From positions 8,480 through 72,479 of the forward strand of contig JAGCXO010000013.1 in NCBI GenBank assembly GCA_017961285.1: a stretch of DNA of 64,000 nt. Direction: 5' to 3'. Within the stretch, counting starts at the first letter, position 1. Each line of letters begins with the position of its first letter. Both the position numbers and the translations under genes were made by a program. The notes beneath the pieces were generated by a model. The model saw only the letters and a list, made by a program, of their open reading frames with translations. It was not told the origin of the DNA and ran no database searches. The stretch comes from Alphaproteobacteria bacterium (GTDB taxonomy: Bacteria; Pseudomonadota; Alphaproteobacteria; RF32; CAG-239). Shown piece after piece: positions 38,699-48,871 of the stretch.

Positions 38699-41179
38699 AT
38701 GCATAAAAAACGGGATTGTAAGATGTTTAGAACTTTATCGTCAATATTGAGTACTTTTTTTCTGCTTGTTATGGTAGCACTTGTTGCCGGGGTTTTGCTG
38801 TTGGTTAAAATTAACCATGAACTTCCTGATTATCGCCAACTTGAGAAATATGAACCGCCAATCACTACACGATTGTTTGCGGGTGACGGGCAGTTGATGA
38901 TGGAATATGCTACGGAGCAAAGAGTTTTTTTGCCGGTTGATAAAATTCCGAACTTAGTAAAAAATGCTTTTATTGCGGCAGAAGACAAAAAATTTTATTC
39001 ACATGCCGGAATTGATTATTTGGGAATTATTCGTGCAATTTTAGGAAATGTCAAAAATCTGGGAAGCGGGCGCAGACCGGCGGGTGCATCTACGATTACA
39101 CAGCAGGTGGCAAAGAACTTTTTGCTGACATCGGAGGTTTCGTATGTGCGCAAGATTAAAGAAGCAATTATTTCGCGCCGCATTGAAAAAACTTTTACCA
39201 AAGATCATATTTTGGAACTTTATTTGAATGAAATTTATCTTGGAAATCGTTCTTATGGAGTTGCCGCAGCGGCATTGAATTATTTTGGTAAAGCATTAGA
39301 AGAGCTAACAATTGAAGAAGCCGCTTATTTGGCTGCTTTGCCGAAGGGACCGAACAATTATAATCCGCAAACTCATTATGATGCCGCCATCAAACGCAGA
39401 AATTGGGTGATTGACAGGATGCATGAAGATGATTATATCACCGAGGAAGAAGCTGCAAGAGCAAAAAGTAAACCGCTTGAAGTGGTTGCGAGAAGCGATG
39501 CTTATTTGAAGAATTCGGAGTATTTCAGCGAAGAAGTAAGGCGTGAGGTGCAAAAACGCTTTGGGGCAGAAGATTTGAATGAAGGCGGTTTGATTGTCAG
39601 AACTACGTTGAATCCCAAATTACAAAATATTGCCACAAAAGTTTTTAGAGAAGAATTGGAGAATTATGACCGTCGTCACGGCTGGAGAGGAGCTTTGGCC
39701 AATGAAGCGGACGAAAGTAAATGGAAAGAAGTTAAACTGCCGGCAGGCGTTAATGAGAAATGGCAGAAGGCATGGGTTTTGAATGTCGAGAAAGAGCAAG
39801 CCGATATTGTGCTCGAATCGGGGAAAAAAGGAATTGTGCCTTTGGCAATATTGACTTGGGCAGGAAAAACTTTGCCTGATCAGCGTATCGGCGAGGCACC
39901 AAAATCGGCCGAGGATGTTTTGCAGAAGGGTGATGTGATTTTGGTGGAGGAGATTGCAGAAGATGTGATTTCGAAGAAAAATTTGCCGGCCAATTCTTAT
40001 TATTTGCGGCAGGAGCCGGATGTGGAAGGTGGTTTGATTGCGCTTGATCCGCATACAGGCAGGGTTTTAGCTATGGTGGGCGGATATTCTTTTTGGCGCT
40101 CGCAATTTAATCGTGCCACGCAGGCAAAACGTCAGACAGGTTCTGCTTTTAAGCCTTTTGTTTATATGGCGGCGCTTGAAAACGGCTATTCTCCGACAGA
40201 TTTGATTTTGGATGCTCCTTTTGTGTTGGATCAGGGGCCGGGGTTGCCAAAGTGGAAACCTGAGAACTATTCCAAGAAGTTTTATGGTTTGATGACATTG
40301 CGCCAAGGAATTGAGAAATCGCGTAATTTGATGACAGTGCGTTTGGCACAAGATGTCGGTATGGATAAAGTTTCGGCTTTTGCGGCGAAAACGGGTATAA
40401 ATAAGCATTTGCCTCATTTGCTTTCAATGTCTTTGGGGGCAGGAGAGACAAGACTTGTAGATTTGACAACTGCATATGCAATGATTGTTAACGGCGGTAA
40501 AAAAGTTACACCGTATTTTATTGAGCAAATTCAAGACAGATATGGTCAAACCATTTTGAAACATGATAAGAGAAAGTGTGAAGATTGTAATTATGACAAG
40601 TGGGACAATCAACCAATTCCGGTTTTGCAAGATGAGAGAGAACAGGTAATAGATGTTTTTACTGCTTATCAAATGACTTCTATATTGGAGGGAGTTGCAA
40701 TAAGGGGAACAGGTGCAAGACTGCGCGGTATAAATCATCATTTGGCGGGAAAAACGGGAACTACAAATGATAATAAAGAGGGATGGTTTGTCGGTTTTTC
40801 TCCTGATTTGGTGGTCGGAACTTATGTCGGATTTGATGAGCCGAGAAGTTTGGGAAAGGTAGAAACAGGTGCCAGTGTGGCTTTGCCGATTTTTTATCGT
40901 TTTATGGAAGAAGCTTTGAAAGATCAGGCTGATGCGGCATTTAGAATTCCGGCAGGAATTAAGCTGGTGCGGGTAAATTATGAAACAGGAAAACCGGCTC
41001 AGCCGAGTGATAAGGTGGTTATTATTGAGGCATTGCATCCTAAGTTTGATTTTGCAACGGCAGCACAAAGAGTTATCGGTGGCGGCGATGATGTTGAAAA
41101 TCCGCAAGCAGGCGGAAGTTATAAGAACTTCGGTGATGATGATGTGACAGAAGATTTTCAGGTAGGAACGCAATATTAG
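38699..41179 (+). CDS. mrcA: Penicillin-binding protein 1A (bifunctional glycosyltransferase/transpeptidase)
   Basis: GT51 motifs EDKKFYSHAGID and RRPAGASTITQQ are present, followed by the transpeptidase motifs SAFKP, SxN and KTGT. The protein has an N-terminal TM anchor. Confidence 0.85.
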   Translation: MHKKRDCKMFRTLSSILSTFFLLVMVALVAGVLLLVKINHELPDYRQLEKYEPPITTRLFAGDGQLMMEYATEQRVFLPVDKIPNLVKNAFIAAEDKKFYSHAGIDYLGIIRAILGNVKNLGSGRRPAGASTITQQVAKNFLLTSEVSYVRKIKEAIISRRIEKTFTKDHILELYLNEIYLGNRSYGVAAAALNYFGKALEELTIEEAAYLAALPKGPNNYNPQTHYDAAIKRRNWVIDRMHEDDYITEEEAARAKSKPLEVVARSDAYLKNSEYFSEEVRREVQKRFGAEDLNEGGLIVRTTLNPKLQNIATKVFREELENYDRRHGWRGALANEADESKWKEVKLPAGVNEKWQKAWVLNVEKEQADIVLESGKKGIVPLAILTWAGKTLPDQRIGEAPKSAEDVLQKGDVILVEEIAEDVISKKNLPANSYYLRQEPDVEGGLIALDPHTGRVLAMVGGYSFWRSQFNRATQAKRQTGSAFKPFVYMAALENGYSPTDLILDAPFVLDQGPGLPKWKPENYSKKFYGLMTLRQGIEKSRNLMTVRLAQDVGMDKVSAFAAKTGINKHLPHLLSMSLGAGETRLVDLTTAYAMIVNGGKKVTPYFIEQIQDRYGQTILKHDKRKCEDCNYDKWDNQPIPVLQDEREQVIDVFTAYQMTSILEGVAIRGTGARLRGINHHLAGKTGTTNDNKEGWFVGFSPDLVVGTYVGFDEPRSLGKVETGASVALPIFYRFMEEALKDQADAAFRIPAGIKLVRVNYETGKPAQPSDKVVIIEALHPKFDFATAAQRVIGGGDDVENPQAGGSYKNFGDDDVTEDFQVGTQY

Positions 41180-41185
41180 AGGATA

Positions 41186-42269
41186 ATGATGAATACGGAA
41201 GTATATAATTTGAACGAAGATATTAAGCAATCAATAGCGTTGCTTAGGAGGTCTCTTTGACTATGATAATGCGCTTATTCGCTATGAGGAATTGCAATCT
41301 TTAACCTCTGATACAAAGCTGTGGGACGATGCCGAAAAAGCGCAAAAACTTTTGAGTGAAAAAAATTTGTTGGAAGAAGAAATTTCCAAAATTGCCGAGT
41401 TTGAAAAAAGCAGAAAAGATTTGGTTGAACTTTGCGAGTTGGCAGAGTTGGAAAATAATCAGGAAATGATTGATGAAATTGTGGCTCAAATGCAGGGGCT
41501 CAAACTTAATTGCCGCAGAGGTGAGCTGGAAGCACTTTTGCATGGTGAGGCCGACGGGCTTAATGCTTTTTTGGAAGTTCATTCCGGAAGCGGAGGAACG
41601 GAAGCTCAGGATTGGGCAGAGATGTTGCTTAGAATGTATAGCAGGTGGGCTGATGCACATTCTTATAAAGTGGAATATATTGAAGAATCGGAAGGTGATG
41701 TTGCCGGAATAAAATCGGCAACAATTAAGATTTGCGGGCATAATGCTTATGGATGGTTGAAAGCGGAAAGTGGCGTTCACAGGTTGGTTAGGATATCGCC
41801 GTTTGATAGCAATGCGCGCAGACACACAAGTTTTGCCTCTATAATTGTTTATCCGGAAGTTGATGATAAGATAAATATCGTTATTAATGAGGCTGATTGC
41901 AGAATTGATACATACAGGGCATCGGGTGCGGGCGGACAGCATATTAACAAAACAGACTCAGCGGTCAGAATAACCCATATTCCGACGGGAATTGTTGTGC
42001 AAAGTCAAAATCAGCGATCACAATTCCAAAACCGAGAAACAGCGTGGAAAATGCTGAAAGCACGTTTGTATGAAATGGAAATGCAAAAGAAGGAGCAGGC
42101 CGAAAAAGGGGCTTGGAGCGAGCAGGGTGATAACGGTTGGGGCTATCAAATTCGCTCTTATGTTTTGCAGCCGTATAAAATGGTGAAAGATTTGCGGACG
42201 GAGGTTGAAACCTCTGATACAAAAGCAGTTTTGGACGGTGATATTGATTTGTTATTAGAGGCGGCATAG
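41186..42269 (+). CDS. prfB: Peptide chain release factor 2, expressed via programmed +1 frameshift (frame 0 41186-41260; +1 frame from 41259)
   Basis: Frame 0 reads MMNTEVYNLNEDIKQSIALLRRSL and stops at an in-frame TGA (41258-41260). The +1 frame continues DYDNALIRYEELQSLTSDTKLW... and contains the GGQ motif (SGAGGQHINKTDSAVR) and an SPF-like region. A Shine-Dalgarno-like AGGAGG lies 3 nt upstream of CTT TGA C, the same geometry as in E. coli. Confidence 0.85.
41246..41261 (+). other. RF2 autoregulatory +1 frameshift cassette: AGGAGG-tct-CTT-TGA-C
   Basis: An internal SD-like element, a slippery CUU U and a UGA stop in poor context lie upstream of a conserved DYD. Confidence 0.8.
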
Positions 42270-42290
42270 GCAGAAAAGGTTGTTAAGTAG

Positions 42291-45200
42291 ATGAAAAAAG
42301 TTTCCAGCAGGCTCTATTTTGCCAAGAAGGTTTTTGACTACACAATAATGTGTTTGTTGTTGGTCTTTTTGCTGTTTTTATGGCAATTATATAAAGGACC
42401 GATTTCTGTTCCGTTTTTAAAACCTTATATTTTGGCGGCTTTAAATCCGGACGGTGATGCTGCGGAGGTCAAGGTTGACAGTGTAAATATAGAATTGGTT
42501 CGTTCGGTGAAGCCGATTAAGATTATTGCCAATAAAGTTGTTTATAAAAGAAGTGATGATTCTTTACGGATTGAGGCACCGAGGACTTCGGTTTCGTTCA
42601 GTATTAAAGCATTGCTCCGAGGAATTATTGCTCCGACGGCAATTGAGATGGAAAAACCGTCTTTGTATATATTTACAAATTATGGTGTCAAAGAACAGGA
42701 TAAGGCCGAGGAAATTACCGAAAAAAAATTGGACTATTATTTAACGCAATTTGAAGATGTGGTAGAAAGGTTCAGTTCAAATGATGCAAGCTATCCGGAG
42801 ACGTATTTGACTAATGTTACTGTTTCCGGCGGAGAGGTTGAATTTCATGAAGTTGATCTCGGGCGCAAATGGATGCTTTCAGATCTGAATTTTAAGTTTG
42901 AACGCGGTCTTAGTGATATGTCTGCTGAGGTTAGTGCATTGGTAGATTTTGGCGAAGATACACTGGTTTCGGCCGGTGTTGATTTGGGTTATCGTTTTAT
43001 GGATAAACAGCTTGTTATGCAGGTTTATTTTGATGATTTGGTGCCGTCGAATATTATTGATAAGTATGCGGATGAAAATATCAAACAAAAGTTTTACAGG
43101 ATTATGTTGCCGGTGAGCGGAAAGATTGCCACGGCGATTGATTTGAAAGAGCTTGAGCAAAGCAGAGAAGATTTGATAAAAGCAACCGAAAAGGCTGTCA
43201 GTGAAGTGTCTTTTCAGTTTGAGGGCGGAAAGGGAAGTATTATTTTTCCGGCTGATGATAATGAGTCAAAATATGATATTTCTTCTTTTGTGTTGGATGG
43301 CAAAATTATCGGCGGATTGAATAAAATTGAAATTAAGAATGCAGATTTTAATTTGGGTGAGCAAAAAGTTAAGCTTGGATTTAGTGCAAGCGGTGTAGAA
43401 AAGTTGCTTTTACATTCTTCTTGGGAAGACTTGAAGATGAAATTGTCTGCGGATATAGCTTCTTTGAAGTTGAATGATTTGTATATATATTGGCCAAAGT
43501 ATGTTGCACCGGATGCGTGGTCATGGTGTAAAGATAATATCTTTGGAGGAGATGCCAAGAATGCACATTTTGAGTTCGATTTTGCATATGATAAAAAAAA
43601 TAAATCTTTTGGCTTTAAGGATTTGAGCGGTAAAGCATATATTGAGGATTCTAATCTTAAATATATTGATACCATGCCGATGGTTACCAATGTTTATGGT
43701 GAGTTTAAGGTAAATTCGAACAGTATTGAAATTGCTTTGGATAAGGCAAAATCGGATGGAATTATGTTGGATTCCGGTGTGGTGAGAATTTATGATTTGG
43801 ATAAATATAACAACTATATAAGTATTAAATTGCTCTCAAATTCTTCGATTGTTGATGCTTTGCGTTTGATTGATCATCCTCCGCTGGAGTTTGCAAAACA
43901 GATAGGATTGAAACCTTCTATGCTCAAAGGAACGGCAAATACGGAATTGCTTCTCGATTTTGAACTGAAAAAAGATTTGGATTATGATGATGTTAAAGTT
44001 GCGGTGAAATCGAGACTTTTTGATGTTGAGTTGTCCGAAATGATTAAGGATAAGGTTGTCAAAGCAGATGAGCTTGATTTGGAAGTGAATAATTCAGGTT
44101 TGAAAGTTATCGGTGATGTGGTTTTGGATAATATTCCGCTCAATATTTTGTGGAATGAAAGTTTTTCGGACGATAAGGGCAAAAGCAGTTATAAAATTAA
44201 ATTTAAGGCTGATGAAAAATTGGCTAAAAAATTGGGTATTTCTTCGAGTATGTTGAGTAAACCTTATGTTGAGGGCTTTGCTACAGTGGAAGCTTTGGTG
44301 GTGCCTAAGGCAAAAGGTTATGATATAAAACTTTCGGCAGATATGCTGAAGGCAGGTTTGGATTTTGCTTTTTTGGGGTTGGTAAAACCGGTTAATGAGG
44401 CAGGAAAATTGAATGCGGATATTGTGGTGGAAGATGAAAAAATTGTTTCCATTCCGGCATTTAATTTTGTTAAAGAAGATTTTCAGATTGAAGGAAAGGC
44501 TTCGTTTGATAAAGAAAACAGGGCAAAAGTTATCGACATAAATAAAATAAGAGGCTTGAGGACAAATGCAAATGCAAAAGTGTTCTTTGATTATGGAAAG
44601 AAAAGTAAAATTATAATTGATATTTCGGGACAAAGTTATAATTTGTCGGAATTTTTTGAGCGTAAAGATACAAAGCAAACTAATGATGACGATGATAGTG
44701 ATTGGGAAAATACTCCGAATGTGGATGTGAATATTGCGGTTGATACTTTGTGGAGTAATCCGGATGTGGCGGTTACCGATTTTGCCGGAAATGCAAAACT
44801 GGTGCACGGTGTGGGGATTTATGAGGTGCATCTGGCGGGAAATTATGATCATAAAAAACAAATGGTGCTGAAAGTTGATTATGTTCCCAAACCCAAAAAT
44901 GAATTTTATTTGATAATAAACAGCAATTCTGCCGGAAATACGCTAAGATTTTTGCGAATTTATAATGATTTGTATGGAGGAAATTTGCAAATTGAGGGAA
45001 GAAGAAGAGCAGATAAATTGTTGATCGGTCATGCAAAAATCAGAGATTTCAGCATTCATAATACGCCGGTGTTGGCAAAGCTTTTGACAGTTGCGTCTTT
45101 TACAGGAATGTTGGATTTGCTGACCGGTGAAGGTATGACTTTCTCGCATTTTGATGCCCCGTTTAAATATAAAGATAAGATATTATATGTTGATAAAGCG

Positions 45201-45491
45201 CGTTCTTACGGCAATGTTTTGGGAATTAGTTTTTCAGGGGATTATAATATGAAAACTAAAGCGATAGATGTGGATGGGACAATTGCTCCGGCTTATGGTT
45301 TGAATACGATGATAGGTAAAATTCCTTTGGTAGGAAATTTGCTTGCAGGTAAAGATGGAACTGTTTTTGCTGCAAATTATTCGATAGATGGAACAAGTGA
45401 TGCTCCTGATGTTAGTATAAACCCGTTATCTGCCCTCAGCCCAAACTCGCTTAAGGAAGCAATATCTTCAGTTTTTGGCTCAGAGGAATAG
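42291..45491 (+). CDS. AsmA/YhdP-like large envelope protein (N-terminal TM anchor, long beta-rich periplasmic domain)
   Basis: The 1066-aa product has a single N-terminal TM (IMCLLLVFLLFLWQLY). Its length and composition resemble AsmA-like proteins. The gene sits immediately downstream of prfB with no terminator. Confidence 0.5.
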   Translation: MKKVSSRLYFAKKVFDYTIMCLLLVFLLFLWQLYKGPISVPFLKPYILAALNPDGDAAEVKVDSVNIELVRSVKPIKIIANKVVYKRSDDSLRIEAPRTSVSFSIKALLRGIIAPTAIEMEKPSLYIFTNYGVKEQDKAEEITEKKLDYYLTQFEDVVERFSSNDASYPETYLTNVTVSGGEVEFHEVDLGRKWMLSDLNFKFERGLSDMSAEVSALVDFGEDTLVSAGVDLGYRFMDKQLVMQVYFDDLVPSNIIDKYADENIKQKFYRIMLPVSGKIATAIDLKELEQSREDLIKATEKAVSEVSFQFEGGKGSIIFPADDNESKYDISSFVLDGKIIGGLNKIEIKNADFNLGEQKVKLGFSASGVEKLLLHSSWEDLKMKLSADIASLKLNDLYIYWPKYVAPDAWSWCKDNIFGGDAKNAHFEFDFAYDKKNKSFGFKDLSGKAYIEDSNLKYIDTMPMVTNVYGEFKVNSNSIEIALDKAKSDGIMLDSGVVRIYDLDKYNNYISIKLLSNSSIVDALRLIDHPPLEFAKQIGLKPSMLKGTANTELLLDFELKKDLDYDDVKVAVKSRLFDVELSEMIKDKVVKADELDLEVNNSGLKVIGDVVLDNIPLNILWNESFSDDKGKSSYKIKFKADEKLAKKLGISSSMLSKPYVEGFATVEALVVPKAKGYDIKLSADMLKAGLDFAFLGLVKPVNEAGKLNADIVVEDEKIVSIPAFNFVKEDFQIEGKASFDKENRAKVIDINKIRGLRTNANAKVFFDYGKKSKIIIDISGQSYNLSEFFERKDTKQTNDDDDSDWENTPNVDVNIAVDTLWSNPDVAVTDFAGNAKLVHGVGIYEVHLAGNYDHKKQMVLKVDYVPKPKNEFYLIINSNSAGNTLRFLRIYNDLYGGNLQIEGRRRADKLLIGHAKIRDFSIHNTPVLAKLLTVASFTGMLDLLTGEGMTFSHFDAPFKYKDKILYVDKARSYGNVLGISFSGDYNMKTKAIDVDGTIAPAYGLNTMIGKIPLVGNLLAGKDGTVFAANYSIDGTSDAPDVSINPLSALSPNSLKEAISSVFGSEE

Positions 45492-45996
45492 TGTAGTGGT
45501 TTGCAGTTTGCGTATCGGAATAGATTTTCACGGTGTAATTTCAGAGAATCCAACGTATTTTAGGGCTTTTTCGGCGGCGGCTTATGAAAGAGGCCATACT
45601 ATTTATATTATTTCCGGCGGACCGTATTCGGTTGAAAAAAATTTTTTGGATTTGTGGGGAATTAAATATACGGAAATTTTTTCGATGCTTGATTATTTTG
45701 CAAGACGCGGGCAAGTGGAATATTTTGCAAACGGCAATTTTATGGTTCCGGATTGTTTGTGGAATGAAATAAAAGGAATATATTGCCGAGACAACGAAAT
45801 TGATGTTCATATTGATGATACTTCGCAATACAGCAAAAATTTTTCTACACCGTTTTGCTTATATGATCAAAAAGAAAAGCAATGTGTTGTTGATGGTAAT
45901 AAAATCGACTTTTCGCTTGAGCCGGCAGAAACAATAAAGCAGCTTGAAAAATTTGTTCAAGATACGAAAGAAACTATAAAAAAGGAAAAGATGTAA
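45475..45996 (+). CDS. Hypothetical protein (possibly HAD-like)
   Basis: The 173-aa product overlaps the upstream gene by 17 bp. IGIDFHGVI weakly resembles HAD motif I. There is no firm assignment. Confidence 0.3.
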   Translation: MAQRNSVVVCSLRIGIDFHGVISENPTYFRAFSAAAYERGHTIYIISGGPYSVEKNFLDLWGIKYTEIFSMLDYFARRGQVEYFANGNFMVPDCLWNEIKGIYCRDNEIDVHIDDTSQYSKNFSTPFCLYDQKEKQCVVDGNKIDFSLEPAETIKQLEKFVQDTKETIKKEKM

Positions 45997-46993
45997 TTAA
46001 GCCGTCGTCTTTTTTTAGTTTGTTATGCTTTCTTTTTAGTTTGAATGGTGATTTTTCCCCCAAGCTTGAAGTGAAAATTTCTCCATAGTTGCCACGTTCT
46101 CTCAGCATTATTTGCACCCAATTTGATTCCAAACCGTATGACTTCCATAGTTTTTCATGTGTGCCTAAAAGGTTGGCGATAACGGGATCTTTAGAGTTTA
46201 GGCTTTCTGTATAGTTTGTTTGGTTTATGTTGAGATCTTCTGCTAATTTCGGGGCGTTCATAATCCATTTTAAGATGCTTCTCAAAGTGGGGTTCTCCCT
46301 GTCGGCAAAAAGGTAAATCGGTCTGATATCAACAGTTTCCGGCAGAAGTTCAATGGAGATTTTTGAAGAAGGATTGTTGGCAATCAGATCTTTGAGGGTG
46401 GTATAATTGCCGAGTAGCAGTCGGCAACGTTTTAAGAAGAAGGATTCTTTAGCTTTTGAAAAACTTTGTGCAGGCATCATTTGCAGGTTTAAATTATATT
46501 TGTTGTTATAGGATAACAAACGATTGATGTCGTCGGTGTCTTTGACCAGGCAAACTTTTTCGCCTGTGAAATCTTTCATCGATTTGGCTTGTTCGGCATT
46601 TTCGGCAATGAAAGCAAGACGATCATAATAGACAACATCAATGGGGGCGGCACGGTTAGATATTTCGTTGCTGGCAGAATATGCAAGCCCGCCAATCATA
46701 ACATCAATTTTGTTTTTGGAAATGGCATCATTTACCATAGTTTCGGGTAAAGAAAGCATTTTTATACGATCACTGCGGCCAAAAACGGCAGTTGAAATAA
46801 TTCGGCATATCTCAACAGCAATTCCTTTAAGATTGTTATTTTCGTCTTTATATGCCAAAAATTGGTTGTCGGTAGGGATGCCGCATCGAACAGCGCCACC
46901 GGTGTTTATGTATTGTAAGCCGGCATCTTCAGCCAGAGCAGATTGTGCCGAGATAGTTATAAGCAGAGAGGATAAAAATAATTTTAGTTTCAT
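45974..46993 (-). CDS. Amino-acid ABC transporter periplasmic substrate-binding protein (family 3 / AapJ-like)
   Basis: The protein has a signal peptide. Its ~340-aa size is typical of general L-amino-acid binding proteins. There are no adjacent permease or ATPase genes. Confidence 0.6.
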   Translation of the reverse strand: MKLKLFLSSLLITISAQSALAEDAGLQYINTGGAVRCGIPTDNQFLAYKDENNNLKGIAVEICRIISTAVFGRSDRIKMLSLPETMVNDAISKNKIDVMIGGLAYSASNEISNRAAPIDVVYYDRLAFIAENAEQAKSMKDFTGEKVCLVKDTDDINRLLSYNNKYNLNLQMMPAQSFSKAKESFFLKRCRLLLGNYTTLKDLIANNPSSKISIELLPETVDIRPIYLFADRENPTLRSILKWIMNAPKLAEDLNINQTNYTESLNSKDPVIANLLGTHEKLWKSYGLESNWVQIMLRERGNYGEIFTSSLGEKSPFKLKRKHNKLKKDDGLITSFPFL

Positions 46994-47046
46994 TTTTTTT
47001 CCATTTGATGTATAATTGTCTATATCGTTAATATAGGATATTTTTT

Positions 47047-47679
47047 ATGAAAAGTAACTCTTTTTTGTATTTTATTCTTTTTTGTGGAATATTGTTGTTT
47101 TCGTCCACTGTCTATTCGAAAAATTTGTCTTTGAAAGAGGCAGAAAAGTTTGCTTATGAGCGCGGGAATGAGTTGTTGAGTTCTTTTGATATTGCGGACT
47201 CGAAGCAAAAATATGAAAAACTTGATCATCTGCTTTTAGAATATGTAGATTTGTCATATATTGCAAAGTTTGTTATGGGAAAATATTGGCGCGAGATGTC
47301 TTTGGAACAGCAAAAAAAATATTTGGATTTATTTCAAAGTTATGCGCTAAATTTGTATAGAGGATTCCCTTTAGAATTTTCGGATAGAGTCAGTTTTGAA
47401 ATTGCTGACAGTGAGGTGGTTAACGATGATGTTATGGTAACTGCGATTATTACCGTTAAGGGGCAAAATGATGCCGACAGCATGAATATTGCAGTTAATT
47501 TCAGGATCCATAATAATGATGATAAGGTTATGATAAGGGATATAAAAGTCGGTGAAAATTCTTTGATATTGGTATATCGTCAGCGTTTTCAAGAGATGAT
47601 GAAAGAGGCTGATGAAGATATAAACTGGTTTTTAGAAGATTTTGAGTTGTTGGCAAATTCTGTTGAGAAAAAGAGCTGA
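47047..47679 (+). CDS. MlaC/Ttg2D-family phospholipid-binding periplasmic protein
   Basis: The protein has a signal peptide. The segment VDLSYIAKFVMGKYWREMSLEQQKKYLDLFQSYALNLY fits the MlaC pattern FD...M.R..LG..W......Q...F...F. Confidence 0.6.
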   Translation: MKSNSFLYFILFCGILLFSSTVYSKNLSLKEAEKFAYERGNELLSSFDIADSKQKYEKLDHLLLEYVDLSYIAKFVMGKYWREMSLEQQKKYLDLFQSYALNLYRGFPLEFSDRVSFEIADSEVVNDDVMVTAIITVKGQNDADSMNIAVNFRIHNNDDKVMIRDIKVGENSLILVYRQRFQEMMKEADEDINWFLEDFELLANSVEKKS

Positions 47680-47689
47680 TAATAAAAAA

Positions 47690-47944
47690 CTATTTTTTAT
47701 TTTCGATTTCAGCAATTTTTTTTGCCAAATATTCTTTGCGTGTTTCGTCAGAAGATTGTGAGCAGAGGGTTTGTTGTAACAGTTCCAATATGTTGTTGCG
47801 ATAGTTTTGGCAAGAAAGGGCAATTTTGGTAAGATTAAGAACTGCCGTTCTAAAAACTTGGTCGCGCGAATCGTCTATTTGTTCTGCTATTTGCAACCAT
47901 GTCGGTGTGCAGATGTTTTGTTTTGCAGTTGTTTTCTTTTTCAT
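47690..47944 (-). CDS. Small hypothetical protein (84 aa)
   Basis: The ORF lies between the mlaC-like gene and the nucleotidyltransferase pseudogene. No domain is recognised. Confidence 0.3.
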   Translation of the reverse strand: MKKKTTAKQNICTPTWLQIAEQIDDSRDQVFRTAVLNLTKIALSCQNYRNNILELLQQTLCSQSSDETRKEYLAKKIAEIENKK

Positions 47945-48009
47945 TTTTTTCTCCTAATGAAAAAATTTTTTAGCAGTAAAATATAAAAAATATATTAAAA
48001 GTATGCTTT

Positions 48010-48764
48010 TTATTTTTTCTCTAGTTTTCTGCGGCCAATAAATTTTCCGATATCAAATCCACCGCCACTTTCTATGACGTGATTATATAGCTTGTCGATG
48101 GCAGGGATTGTTTTGTGGTTGAAACAATCGGTAAGTAATTTTATAAATTTATTATCGGGCAATTGTTCAACATGATAGCGTTTGGCAAAATTTTTATCGG
48201 TTAAAATTTTTTGTATTTTTGCGTGCGAAACGTGTTGCAGGCAATTAAAGTCATAATAGGCATCAATCAATTTATCGACCAATGTCCAATATAACAAATC
48301 TATCGGATATCCGTCATGTTTTAGGGATAGCATATCGTCATATCGGCACCATAGTCCGTATTTTTTGAAGTCATTTGCATATTTGGAATAGGGTTTTATT
48401 TTCTTTTTTAGTTCTCTGATTGATTGTTGGCGCAATTTTTTTATGATACCGTTTTTATCATATAATATTTTGCCGTAGGCGAACATATTTTGGTTTATCA
48501 AAGAGTGATCTTCTATACCGGATTGCATATATTCCTGATTTTATAGATGGGGTTGATAGTATATTCCATCAAAAAACCGTCAACATAACAATTGGATTTT
48601 TCTTGCCAGCCGAGGTCGTCGGAAGCGATTATCGTTACGTCAATATCGGAAAATTTGTTTTGATTGCCGCTTGAATAGCTGCCGCATAATACTGCGCCTT
48701 CAAACCATGGTTTGTCGATGTAGCGTTTCATAAATTTGTTTAAAGCAATTTTCCATTTTTCCAT
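48010..48764 (-). pseudogene. Frameshifted nucleotidyltransferase gene of the ANT(4')/Lnu-like (pol-beta NTase fold) family
   Basis: The upstream piece (48764-48513) contains LCGSYSSGNQNKFSDIDVTII, the hG[GS]x9-13Dh[DE]h NTase signature. The downstream 172-aa piece (48528-48010) is in a different frame and overlaps it by 16 nt. Joined, the two pieces give about 255 aa, the length of KNTase/Lnu(B)-type enzymes. The shift maps near an A4/T4 run at 48539-48542. Confidence 0.55.
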
Positions 48765-48818
48765 TGTTATCTCCTTGTCAGAAAATTATTTTAGGAAATA
48801 AGAATAAAGAAAGAATTA

Positions 48819-48850
48819 AAAAACAAAAAACCTCTCACGAGGAGAGGTTT
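48819..48850 (-). terminator. Rho-independent terminator for the OMP gene at 48872-49435
   Basis: ACCTCTC-acga-GAGAGGT hairpin is followed on the minus strand by a U-run (plus-strand A12 at 48819-48830). Confidence 0.7.
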
Positions 48851-48871
48851 TTATAATTTCTATCATAAAAA

